A stretch of DNA of 64,000 nucleotides from Oopsacas minuta (lineage: Eukaryota > Animalia > Porifera), in contig JAKMXF010000044.1 of assembly GCA_024704765.1 (NCBI GenBank), positions 558,001-622,000 of the forward strand, read 5' to 3'. Of the stretch, positions 13,601 to 24,145 are shown one piece after another. The notes below the pieces were generated by a model. It did not search any database, was not told the origin of the DNA, and was given only the letters and a program-made list of their open reading frames with translations. Position numbers and translations under genes: made by a program. How positions within the stretch are numbered: position 1 is the first letter of the stretch; every line of letters begins with the position of its first letter.

Positions 13601-16600
13601 GGTATCATTTCAACATTTCCCTTTGTAGAGTGTGGATTCATATAGTCAGACACATCAGGTACTTCACTACATCCACATATTCGTCCTCAGGCGTTGCGCC
13701 TTCTCAGCTATAATCCAGCTATAATTGAATTTTCAGTTCAGTTGCCAAAATAATTGAATTCATTTGGCTAGATAATACTAGATTCGTAGTGTAATTTGTA
13801 TAATCATTTTAGGTTACAAATTGTATTTGGAGAAGGATGCCAAGTCTGACCCTCTACTCGAAAACTTCAGCTTGATGTCACAGATTATAACTTTAGAGAA
13901 TCCTCAAATTGTTGATTTCGTGATTTGCCTTGGAGGGGATGGAACATTCCTGTACGCTACCTCCCTCTTCAAATCCTGCACTGTACCACCCATAATGTGC
14001 TTTGGTATGGGAAGTCTTGGCTTCCTAACACACTTTGTAGCTCAGAACTTTAAAGATGATATTGATCGGATAACTACAAAACATATGAGTATAACTCTTA
14101 GAAGCAGGATCGAGGCTATGATTACTCCTACTTACTCCGGTGTGGGTGCACCTACTTCTGATCTTCCTATTTCTAGCCAGTCTCTACCAACAGACTCCCC
14201 CTTGTCCGAAACCAAACCAGAATCACGTGATCAAAGACTAATTAGAAGGAGAACTAGGGCAATGTTCTCTGAATCTGGTTAGCGATCCTGCATATTCTCT
14301 ACTTTGGATTAATATAATTCTTAGAGTAATACTGTTAATTTATAGGAGATGTTAATATAATCGAGGAATTCGGGACACCGGAAGCTAAGTACTTTACTTG
14401 TATAAATGAAGTGACAGTAGACCGTGGTGTATCTCCATACCTTACACAGATAGAGATATATCTGAATAACTTTAAAATAACAACAGCACAAGCTGATGGT
14501 ATAATAGTAGCTACTCCAACAGGGAGTACTGCATACTCTCTAGCTGCTGGAGCTTCTATGCTGCATCCTAGTACTGAGGCTTTTATCATTACGCCTATAT
14601 GTCCTCACTCTCTTTCATTCAGGTATTGTATAACATCATTGACATGTATGTGGGCAGGAAGAAATCTTTGTTAACCTGTGTAATTTATGCTACCGCGCTT
14701 CGCTTCAGCGCTCGCTGCGGAACAGCTAGTGCTCCAGGTTAGCTTATGTATTAAACAGATAAATTTTTAGTGTTATTCACTACGTAACAGAATATCCCTC
14801 GAACTCACAGAATAATTAAAATTTTAAGATTACATTATCCATGGTCCATCCAAATTTCATTGAATTGCCTTCTGTGGTGACACTGGAGATGCTATGTCGC
14901 TTTTGGTTATTAATCTCGGCATTTCACTTCGACTGTATTTGATCTTAGATTAAAACAACAAACAAACAGATAACAATATAGTTTATACTAAAAGTATTTA
15001 ATTGCTTAACTGTTTGGTTAAATAATTAATTTTACTTCTAAGAGTCTCTATTTATTTAGTACAAGTATTAAATTATTAATTAGTGTAGTATTTTGCTGAT
15101 TTCATCTCGATAGGAATAAGCGTGATTATCGCAGAAAATGCTAGCTCTGCAATACCACAGTTATCATTTCTATTTCTGCTCATCATTACATATCCTTCAT
15201 TTCCCCATTCTGTTCCCCAGCTATTCTTCACTATCCAGTAATCTTCCTTCTCTTCTGTGCCATATCCCACCAATAGCATTGCATGGTTCAGATTGTTTGG
15301 GTCGCAATCTTCATCATAGAAAATCCCTGAACTATATACCTGAAAGCTTCTTGTTACATCAATCACCACAAGCACTGGTCCTCTTGTAGCACAAATTATC
15401 TTAAGATCTGTTTCATTACCGCTTATCACCATCTCTAATAGTACTCCTGTTGTTCCCTGCACCACGAGCTTGCTGTTGTACTTACAAGAGGAATTTACAC
15501 CTTGATGATATGGATAGTCAGATTCTCTCTCTAACCCAAATTTATGTATGTACTCTACAATAGGTCCGACTGAATCTAGTCCATCTATCTTGCAAGTAGG
15601 ACAACAGTCGAGTATTTGCTGGATAGATAGAATGTTCAGTTTCCCAGTCCTGACTGCTAGATCACTCTCAATCATATCTACAATAGTCAGGATTAAAGAA
15701 CTACCTAATGCTCCTTGATTCTTAACACTTGTAACTACTCCTTGAGTTCTCCAATCCAGCTGATCAGGAATATCTGTCATTCCAGTTCTTCTACCCACAT
15801 CCTTCTGTAATTCTCTTGTATTAGTACTCTCTCCTATCGAAGGGATTATTCTGCAGTTAGTTGCTACTATTTGCACAAGCAGGAGTAGAATTGCCTGCTT
15901 CACCATTGAATTAATCATCCACCTAATTTTCGTTGAATGATAAATAAATAAATAAATAGTTAGCTTCATTTAATAGACTACTCGTATTCTCGTTAAGCTT
16001 AGAGATTAATCGAGACTACTGCTATTTTCCGTTTAGTTGAGTGGAATATACTCAGACTACTGTAGTGGAGATCGGGATAGTCTAACATTGTATGTAATAT
16101 TACAGCTAACTAGCCCAAATTTAATACACTCCAATTACGTAGACTGCATTATCATATGTCTACTTTATCATATGTCTACTTTATCATATGTTTACTTATA
16201 TGTATATTTTTACCTAATTTGGGTATTCAACGGAGTAATATTTCAATGTCAAATGTGAAATGGATAATTATAGCCAATGCAGTACAAAACTTGAATATTG
16301 CATATGTGAAAGTATGAACATTTCTATATTTGTATTCAGATACTTACTGGTTTAACTACCACGAGGGTTGTTACACAATCACATGTAATCTGAACTGTAA
16401 CCACATTTATATTACTATTGCTATTATATTAGTCGATTTTAATAAACAAGCGATTTCAGTATTTTGTAATTTCAACGAAGGGTTTGCTTGCTAGTGTACT
16501 TTTTTAAATTATTGTATTTCATCATTTCCATATTTAAATTATTGAAATGCATTGCCAGATTTACTATTCAGCAAATCTAGTCGATATGATTGTTGTTGTA

Positions 16601-16904
16601 CAATTCTCCTTTAGATAGCTTAGTACGCCATACTACTTGTTTTAATTACCTCTTTTCCAGGCCTATTGTGGTACCAAATGGAGTACAGATAAAACTGAAG
16701 TTAGCTGAGACAAGTAGACACAGTGCTTGGGTCTCTTTCGATGGTAGAGACAGACAGGAAGTGAAGTTGGATGACGAAATATTATTAAAAATAAATGCTA
16801 ACCCTGTACCTTGTTTGAATAACACTGGACATGTTAGTGATTGGTTCAAAAGTTTGATAAATGGGTTGAACTGGAATGTTCGTGAACCTCAAAAGAAACT
16901 ATAG
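9719..16904 (+). CDS. NADK: NAD kinase; exons 9719-10067, 13813-14277, 14346-14622, 16661-16904
   Basis: [80 protein letters not shown] and LNWN motifs. GT-AG junctions are phase-consistent. Confidence 0.93.
11613..11873 (+). CDS. Small unknown protein (86 aa), basic coiled coil + C-terminal REFTGNWD, in NADK intron 1
   Basis: ATG-stop ORF; C-terminal motif shared with 12801-13163 through synonymous-only differences. Confidence 0.6.
   Translation: MSRYSFISYIEPNHCITINPSCSLLVRPESRHVQIQEVKSYPPQNRDSQKLIKRIQRIKTRLDRKNDRTKQILKFREFTGNWDLVI
12801..13163 (+). CDS. Small unknown coiled-coil protein (109-120 aa) with C-terminal REFTGNWD, in NADK intron 1
   Basis: ATG-stop ORF (second ATG at 12834), more GC-rich than its flanks, heptad-like [18 protein letters not shown]; motif shared with 11613-11873. 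Confidence 0.65.
   Translation: MIKHALNQIFQMSSSTQFLSNDKTGSSQSYQYQRDTSSKERIEYKPSIYILSHKLHKTKVESEELNVQNRLGLDKIKDELQRMRSETQQLRVRTENIVTVLGDIDKERKYREFTGNWDQL
13523..13768. mobile_element. Small inverted-repeat element (MITE-like)
   Basis: gccaaacgaattcaattattttggcaa at the left end vs gttgccaaaataattgaattcatttggc at the right end. Confidence 0.5.
15076..15918 (-). CDS. Cathepsin L-family (papain C1A) protein with catalytic Cys-to-Ser (silicatein-like), no I29 propeptide, intronless, nested antisense in NADK intron 3
   Basis: Signal peptide from Met 15918 (ORF open from 15969), [56 protein letters not shown]. Confidence 0.88.
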   Translation of the reverse strand: MINSMVKQAILLLLVQIVATNCRIIPSIGESTNTRELQKDVGRRTGMTDIPDQLDWRTQGVVTSVKNQGALGSSLILTIVDMIESDLAVRTGKLNILSIQQILDCCPTCKIDGLDSVGPIVEYIHKFGLERESDYPYHQGVNSSCKYNSKLVVQGTTGVLLEMVISGNETDLKIICATRGPVLVVIDVTRSFQVYSSGIFYDEDCDPNNLNHAMLLVGYGTEEKEDYWIVKNSWGTEWGNEGYVMMSRNRNDNCGIAELAFSAIITLIPIEMKSAKYYTN

Positions 16905-18333
16905 CAATCTCTCTTTCTAGTAGCGATTATAGAAAGTTACTTCTGACAAGGTTAATTAATTCTTCTGAACATATTCTACTCAAAATAAAAAAATTCATAT
17001 TCTGTGTTTTTTGCTTTTACTGTTGATTTTTTTTGGTTTTTATTGAATTGTTTACTGTATAGCTTTTCTTCTGTAGAATATGAAATATATTTTAACACTC
17101 CATTCTACGCATGTATATTTTTGCTGTCTGATATGCAAATTGGAGGAGTTGTTCTCAGGCCCCTAGGGTCTTGATAGCAAAATCCCAAGATCGTAGTATC
17201 TTAGCATTATTTCTGGGACCCTAAGGTCCTAGCCTAAATATTCCCTCCAGGACCTTACATTTAATAATGCAATTTAACTTTATATTTTACTATTAAAATC
17301 ACCGTGAAGAAGTACAGACAGTTGAAATAGAATGATTAATCCAATAAAAGTCCATCCAAACACAAGATTAGCATGAAGTCCACATCAACGTCCCTAGGTA
17401 GCTTAATAACGAGTACAAATCAAAACTCCCAGACCCATAAGGTAGTGAACTAAATCCAACGATCCATCTATATATTGATGATCTAGGCGTGAAATAGTAC
17501 AAAATAATACAATAAATGTAAGTCTAAATGTAGGGTCCTAGATATAATTTCCCTACCAATTGAATGCAGTATCTATTAATTATATACAGTATATACACCA
17601 TATAAGAATATTATTCTAATTTAGTATATTCCTAATCCATGATTATATCGACTGGTGGATGTTTCGTCCTTGGATCTTACCTCCCCAATTTTATTATGTG
17701 AAATCAGAAATTCGTTACTGTTAAGTTTATTAATTAATACATGTATGTACAATTAAAAGAAGAGAATACTAATTTGCAAAAAGGAACTGACACGCTTATG
17801 CAAAGAAAGACCCATAACAACAACAAATTGTGCGTTAAGCTACCCTGAAACAATACTCGGTGTTTAATGATATACTAAGTGTTCGTTTCCAAGTAACCTA
17901 TATGTCAATTAGTGATTTTATGAAAGAGACCGTAAATTTGGATCAGAAAAACCTGTGACAACGAGAAATGGCTAATTTTCAGCTAACTAAGAGAATGTGT
18001 AACCCATTAGTTCATTGAAAGAGTTCCAAGCGACGAAACATCCGTTTACTGATTATATCATAAAATTCGCTATTAATATCTTATTATTTGATAATACGTA
18101 TTTATAATGAATTATGTACAGAGGTGCAGTGAGCTGCGAGCAAAATTTGAAATGATTCCATCACTCAATAATATTCTGTCACACACGTACGTATACTTCA
18201 TCCCTCTATGAATGAAGGTATGTTTGAAAGTATGTAAGTTTTATTGACCATAATTATTTGCCTTTGACAAAGTGACAGAAAAACGTGAAAATGCAAAATT
18301 AAACCCAATTAGTTCTTAGCATATAGAGAATAG

Positions 18334-19350
18334 ATGGCATCTCTTAAAGAGAGTGAAGGAAAGTATGACGATCTTTTTGGTGCTATCCTTCAGCAAGAAG
18401 GAAAAATGGAACCGTTTTTCGATCACGTATTTAATTTCCTGTATAGGAGAACTGACTTTTATATAACAATGAAGATTCCTACAGACAAGATGGGATTCAC
18501 TCCTGGAAGAGCTGAGATGATTGTAAGAGAATCATTCAAGAAATACGAAACACAAGCTAAGGCTAGAGAGCTAAGAGCTCAACAACCTAAGAAACATAGT
18601 AACAAAACTATTAATAAAGTTAACCCTATACAGCAGCAAGATAACAGTACTAAGAGTGTTAAAGTTGAAAATGAATCTATTCCTTCAGTTAATAAGAACG
18701 TTATTTCATCTGGACCTCCTATTCCCTCACAAAATATCATGTCAGAAACAGATTCAGGAGTTGAGACAACCAAAAAGAAGGTTCAACAGAGTACTGCTGA
18801 GGACACTTATAACGGAGGAGTAACTGACACATACAGATGGTCTCAGACTCTAACAGAACTCGATGTGCTAGTAGATTTACCAGTTGTTAGCAAAGCTAAG
18901 GATGTTACTGTTATTATACAGAATACTCATCTAAAAGTTACAGTTAAGAAACCTGAAGGAGAGATTGTACTAATTGAAGGAGATCTACCTCATAAAGTGC
19001 TGACTGATTCTTCCCTATGGATGGTGGAGGGCGGAGTTGTGCATGTATCTCTTGACAAAGCTAAGGAAAGAATGTGGGGACATGTATTCGAAGGGGAGGA
19101 GGAAATAGATCTTACGAAAGTTGATGCAATAAAAGAAGTTTCAGATTTGGACACAGAAAGTCACGCAGCAATAAATAGAGTTATGTTCGATCAGCACCAG
19201 AAGATGCAAGGAAAACCTCAGAGTCACGAGTTGGAGACGTATGAAATGTTGGAGAAGGCTTGGGATGTAGAAGGTTCTCCATTTAAAGGAACTCCTTTCG
19301 ATCCTTCAAAAGTTAACCTTTCTAATAATAATTATTCAAATTGTCCATGA
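18334..19350 (+). CDS. NUDCD3: NudC domain-containing protein 3, intronless
   Basis: N-terminal FFDHVFNFLYRRTDFY, CS domain YRWSQT...SLWMVE, C-terminal AWDVEGSPFKGTPFDP. Confidence 0.88.
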   Translation: MASLKESEGKYDDLFGAILQQEGKMEPFFDHVFNFLYRRTDFYITMKIPTDKMGFTPGRAEMIVRESFKKYETQAKARELRAQQPKKHSNKTINKVNPIQQQDNSTKSVKVENESIPSVNKNVISSGPPIPSQNIMSETDSGVETTKKKVQQSTAEDTYNGGVTDTYRWSQTLTELDVLVDLPVVSKAKDVTVIIQNTHLKVTVKKPEGEIVLIEGDLPHKVLTDSSLWMVEGGVVHVSLDKAKERMWGHVFEGEEEIDLTKVDAIKEVSDLDTESHAAINRVMFDQHQKMQGKPQSHELETYEMLEKAWDVEGSPFKGTPFDPSKVNLSNNNYSNCP

Positions 19351-19599
19351 TTGAATTGTATATATAATTTATACTAAGTCTATCTGAACTTCATCCATTA
19401 GGAATGTATCAGAGTGGAGGGTTATTGTCTCAAGTTATATTTAAATATGTTAAATTTAATAGTAATCTACTAAGCTTGCTTATTCACTACAGCAGCGTTT
19501 CTAAACCTTCTTCTAAGTGCACTTATTTATCTAAAATCTTCAAAAAACACCTTTGAAGGGTGAATTCAACTATTTTTCGAACAGGATCATATGTTAAAT

Positions 19600-19900
19600 C
19601 ACTTGGTCAGAGATTTGAAAATGTCAAAATTGGTATCTACATACTCGATTACCTCTGACTAGCAGCTGAAACGAAATCTCTAGCACCATATGAAATATTA
19701 CCGAAAGGTGTGAAGATGGAATTAATCATATGATAAATCTGCGAATTAGTTACTTTCTTCGGACCCTACGCATCCAATTACCCCTGGCAACATGTTAAAC
19801 TTAGTCTCTAGCATGTTTTTTAGGATACCTTTCAAATTCTTATTTGTTCTAAAGCATGTAAAAAGCTAAAATTTATTTTATCTCAAATATCGTGCATTGC
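19600..19900. repeat. Copy of a dispersed family with ~120-bp internal units (other copies ~45200-45700, 58790-59300)
   Basis: Shared gaaaatgtcaaaatt.gtatctacatactcgatta.c.ctgactagcagctg.aacgaa..tctctag blocks. Confidence 0.6.
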
Positions 19901-20119
19901 ATAAATTAATAAGCTATTTAGCGTCTAACCTTATTTTAAGGTTATTCAAATATATAATTACAAATATTGTCTGTTGAGGAATTCTGTAAAGCATTATTGT
20001 GCTTGGTATTTGATATATAGTAATCTGTTCCTGACAGTATTGATTTCTTGCTTATATCCCTGGTTATAGCTATTATAAATATATTGCCAAGTGTACACAT
20101 TTCAAATGTTTCCTCAGTT

Positions 20120-21403
20120 TTAGTGTTTGTTACTACAACTCTTGAGATCTTCCAGAACATCTAGATTCCATTTATACCTCCGTACACCTGGGACTTTATC
20201 AATTATGTCACAATTATAATAATATCTCAACGACCTTGCTACCTTTTCGTATGTCATCTCCTTCATCCCCTTCCTTTCTTTATGTGCCCCCCATTCTCTA
20301 GCGAATTTATGTTGACTTCTTATTTCGAATACTCCTTCTTCCTCTTTTACCCATACTACATCGCTATTTGATGGATCACTGAGCCTCTCCAGTGTGAATA
20401 ACAACAAGTACCTCTGTCCTGAAAATTGGTACTGCTGTTTTATGAGCGTTAAAACCTTTCTCCTTGATTTTCCTTGTTTCTTATCCTCAATCTTAGCTTC
20501 TTTTGCAAAAGTATTTGTATTACTATATCAGAAAGAGTAGAATATGTAAACCAGTTAAGTTTAATACTACTTTTAATTTTCGAAATGATAAATATTTAAT
20601 ACTTATACCTCCGCCAAAGTAATCATATTTCAAAAATATTCCCTATACGTGTATTTGAATATTGTATTATTTGGTTAATGTATTTCAGGCGGTGTATTAA
20701 GTTCTTAAGCATTTATTAAAATTGAATATCGAAGCCGTAATTTATTTAAATAATTTCCTCTAAACCTCTAACTAGGCGTTCTATTAAATTTACCTTTCTT
20801 TTGCTTGAATCGGAGAAGTTTCTTCCATTGTTTGGTTGAAGAGCAAATCTAAATCTGCTAAATACAAAAATTCTAGATAAATATACTGCTTACACTATAC
20901 AGTATACACAATACGGTGACTGTTAATTAGGATTGTTAATATTTCTAATTTATTTGTAATGTTATGAAATTTAATGTAATCGAATTATCTCATATCTTGT
21001 AGATATACCTCAGATTACTTCAAGCATATATTTAGATTTAACTGAATACATCACTTCAACAAATAATATTATTACAATGGGTTACTAGTCATAAGTATAC
21101 TATCTTATTACTGTATAGCTTTTCAGGAATAATATTTTCTAAGTAACAATTTGATGCTCAACCTCTAAATACATGTCACTGAAAGTATCCACTAATTTTG
21201 TTGCTGCATAATCCAGTCTAAGAATTACATAAGTGTATTGTATTAAGAGTATTCAACTTACCCAGTAGATTGTAGCTATAATCTTTCTCCCAGTCATCTA
21301 AATATAGACAATCGTAATCATATTGATTTGTAAAACTTGGTAGATACGAGTCAAGCTCGTCTCTTTCCTCCCAGAGACTTTGAATATCTGGATAATTATT
21401 CAT
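20120..21403 (-). CDS. Divergent ETS-domain transcription factor, 202 aa; exons 21403-21262, 20857-20794, 20522-20120
   Basis: VVWVKEEEGVFEI..FAREWGAHK..MTYEKVARSLRYYY..IIDKVPG..YKW. The three exons join in frame (phases 1 and 2) at GT-AG sites. Acidic N-terminus. Confidence 0.82.
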
Positions 21404-22483
21404 TGTTGTTTGTTTGGTAAATTATGTTGTTGTTTAGTTGTTGTTTATAATTCGACTTTCATTTCCTCTTTTATATCTCTCGATTTTCAGATTTCTTCAT
21501 CAAACAGAAAATAACGATATTTCCCCATCACATTATCCCAGTTTACAATATTTACTAGGTTTATGAACTAACTTCTTTACATCAGCCTAGGAATAGGTTG
21601 AAGCATTAGCTACACATTAATTGGCTGTATTACTCATTAATAATGATACAATTGTGATTGTTTAGCCTTTTTTTTCGTAAAACCACCTGAAATATTTATA
21701 TGATGTTATCTGTAGTAGACTTTAGTGAGTAACAAATCTTATTACAAACTTGCATTCCTAATATGTAACTAATATATATTTGTGCTCTATTGTGTAGTGA
21801 AACTATTACTCTTAATTATTTACGTAATTTTATTACTAATATTGAGGACTTTTGTATTTGTATACTCGAACTCTATTTTCATAGATATGAATCATATGTC
21901 TATTATTTCACGGATATGAATCATTATGTAGTTTTTTTTTATCATAAAATATCTGCTATGAATAGAGAGCTTAGTCCCTTACTTTACGTATAACAACTCA
22001 TTGGAATGGGAAATATTGATAATTTTCTTTTTTGGAGCTGAAACCACTGGGACAAAGGGTTTACCCAGGAGTGTGCGACGCTCCTTTAGGCTTAGTATTT
22101 GAGACAACAATATGATTATTTAGCGTACTGAAAATTTATGCTTGACCTAATTCCAGAATATTTATGTTCTTATTTAAGTTTTACTAGCGCGCTTCGCTTG
22201 CTCGCTCTACGCGGTTGCGAACACTTCGTATCCACAGTCGGGCCTACGGCCTTCGAGTAGATAAATTCATAATCTTAACCGTAGCAAATATAATACTGCC
22301 ATAATGTTTTAATCTGCTTACTTTATTTCCCCCAAAGCGAACAAATATTCACAAAACGTCGTTTGCAATATCATGTTTAGACTCTTCATACTCGATTACC
22401 ACATTACAATGTTGTTTTGTTGTTATGATGTGTAATATTTGGTACTTTATGAACTGAACCTATTTGTGATATATATGGAGCGT

Positions 22484-22484
<1 letters not shown>

Positions 22485-22539
<55 letters not shown>
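22485..22539. repeat. (CA)n microsatellite
   Basis: About 27 perfect AC units. Confidence 0.97.
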
Positions 22540-22542
<3 letters not shown>

Positions 22543-22799
22543 AGATTTAATACATAGATGTTTATGTGTATGAAAATAGGGAGGATTGTTAGGAGCGTGC
22601 TTCTAAGATATAAGAGCCTGCAAATGACCCAGCTATAACTGAACCCGATCCAGACCCGAAAAACCCGAACCGGATTCCAACTCTGATTCCAAGGGTATTG
22701 GTGAAATTTCAATAGATTTTTACTGTCCCGACCATAGTATAGTGGGTCAATATAGAAATCATTTTAATATATTCACACAGTACAAATACACGTACTGTA

Positions 22800-22969
22800 C
22801 AGTAAGACCCTGCTTTATCGAAAATCAAAGGACAACGAAATATAGTTATATAATTATATATTTGGATATAACTTTATCTTAAACAGTGGCTAGTAACCAT
22901 TTTACCTTCGATAATTCAATACAACCTGACATTCCTTGACATCAAGTTCGTTATAACTGAAGTTAACTG
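22800..22969. mobile_element. Tc1/pogo-type MITE
   Basis: ta|cagtaa...ttaactg|ta. Confidence 0.5.
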
Positions 22970-23087
22970 TATTACAAACTTAAAAGTACATACAAAATCA
23001 GATGTGTGAATTCACTACATGAACTACTCCCAAGACACCAACATATTACTTAAATTTCATAGAATAATTTAAACAAGATCTGATTAT

Positions 23088-23290
23088 CTATATTATTAAA
23101 TCACAACTGGTGTTTGTCTGTTTGTTTGTTTGTCCGTTGTCAAGGAAAGGATATACGGTATGCAATTTTGAAATTGTCGCATGACTATGTCTTTATCGTG
23201 TTTATCAAGGCAATAAATAGAATTCAATAAAACTTCACTAAATATATGAAACATGCTGAATCCGATTTTCACACTTTTGGATTAATCATA
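23088..23290 (+). mobile_element. Non-autonomous Helitron-like family; other copies near 11230-11370, 24600-24665, 30520-30715, 31800-31960
   Basis: Begins a|tctatattattaaat, then (gttt/gtct)n and gtccgttgtcaaggaaaggat, in both orientations. Related GC hairpin ends (gcgagcaagcgaagcgcg-ctagt) at ~22185, 10775, 14695 and 53220. The Helitron class is inferred from the TC start and CTAG end. Confidence 0.6.
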
Positions 23291-24145
23291 TGTACATTTA
23301 TTGTTGTTTTTATGAATATAAAGTAAACAAATTTCAGAATTGAGGTAGAATCATACTTTCAACGACTATGCTGGTACATGGTATACTCGGGTATTCTGAG
23401 TCTGAATATGTAAACAATATCAATATTATTAAATCTCAATTGTTGTTTTGTCTGTTTGTTTGTCCGTTGAATACCTCGAAGCGCAATGCGCCGAGTTCAT
23501 CGCGAAGCGGCGAGCCAAAGGCTCGTTATTTCTATTTCTGGATTCTAAATGAACAGCTACGTAGTTGTTAAATTAGACCTGCAGCTCCTGATTAATTATT
23601 TGAATAAAGTCGTCGCTTGATCGGTTAATGGCTTTATGTAGCCATGGGTTACTAACTACCTTCAATGGAACTTAAATTCTTAATTAAATGTACACTCGTA
23701 TACACAGAAATGGATATTATATTGGCTGATGCTATGAGACTCCATCTAATTCTAATATATTCTTCTGATCAGGAGGATAACCGATTACGGCTGAATTGTT
23801 ACCTTCGTAACAACAAAGAACACGTAATTCTACCACTTCCTTTAATCAATTCCGCACCCAAATCGAGAGTTAGCACCTTTTTGAAGTCATAATTTCCCGG
23901 CCGTATTCGATTACCTGTTCAAGATACCAATGTCTCTGGAATATCTGATATCACATGACATCTACATTATCATTTACAACTCTAGATGTGCGAGGAGCAG
24001 ATAGCTATCTGAACTGATTAGCTGGGTTTCCTACCAACTTCAGCTAATTCGCACCACATGGAATACTTTACATAATTACTTTCCTGAGTATAAAATGTAT
24101 AACTGATATATTTCTAAAGATAATATCGGTAAACCGTACACTAAT

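Noticed and set aside
17340-17500. Coding-looking patch between NADK and NUDCD3
   Set aside because: Short frames only, with no start or splice model and no recognisable motif.
22404-22712. ORF with a CVCVCV run
   Set aside because: It is a (CA)n microsatellite translation.
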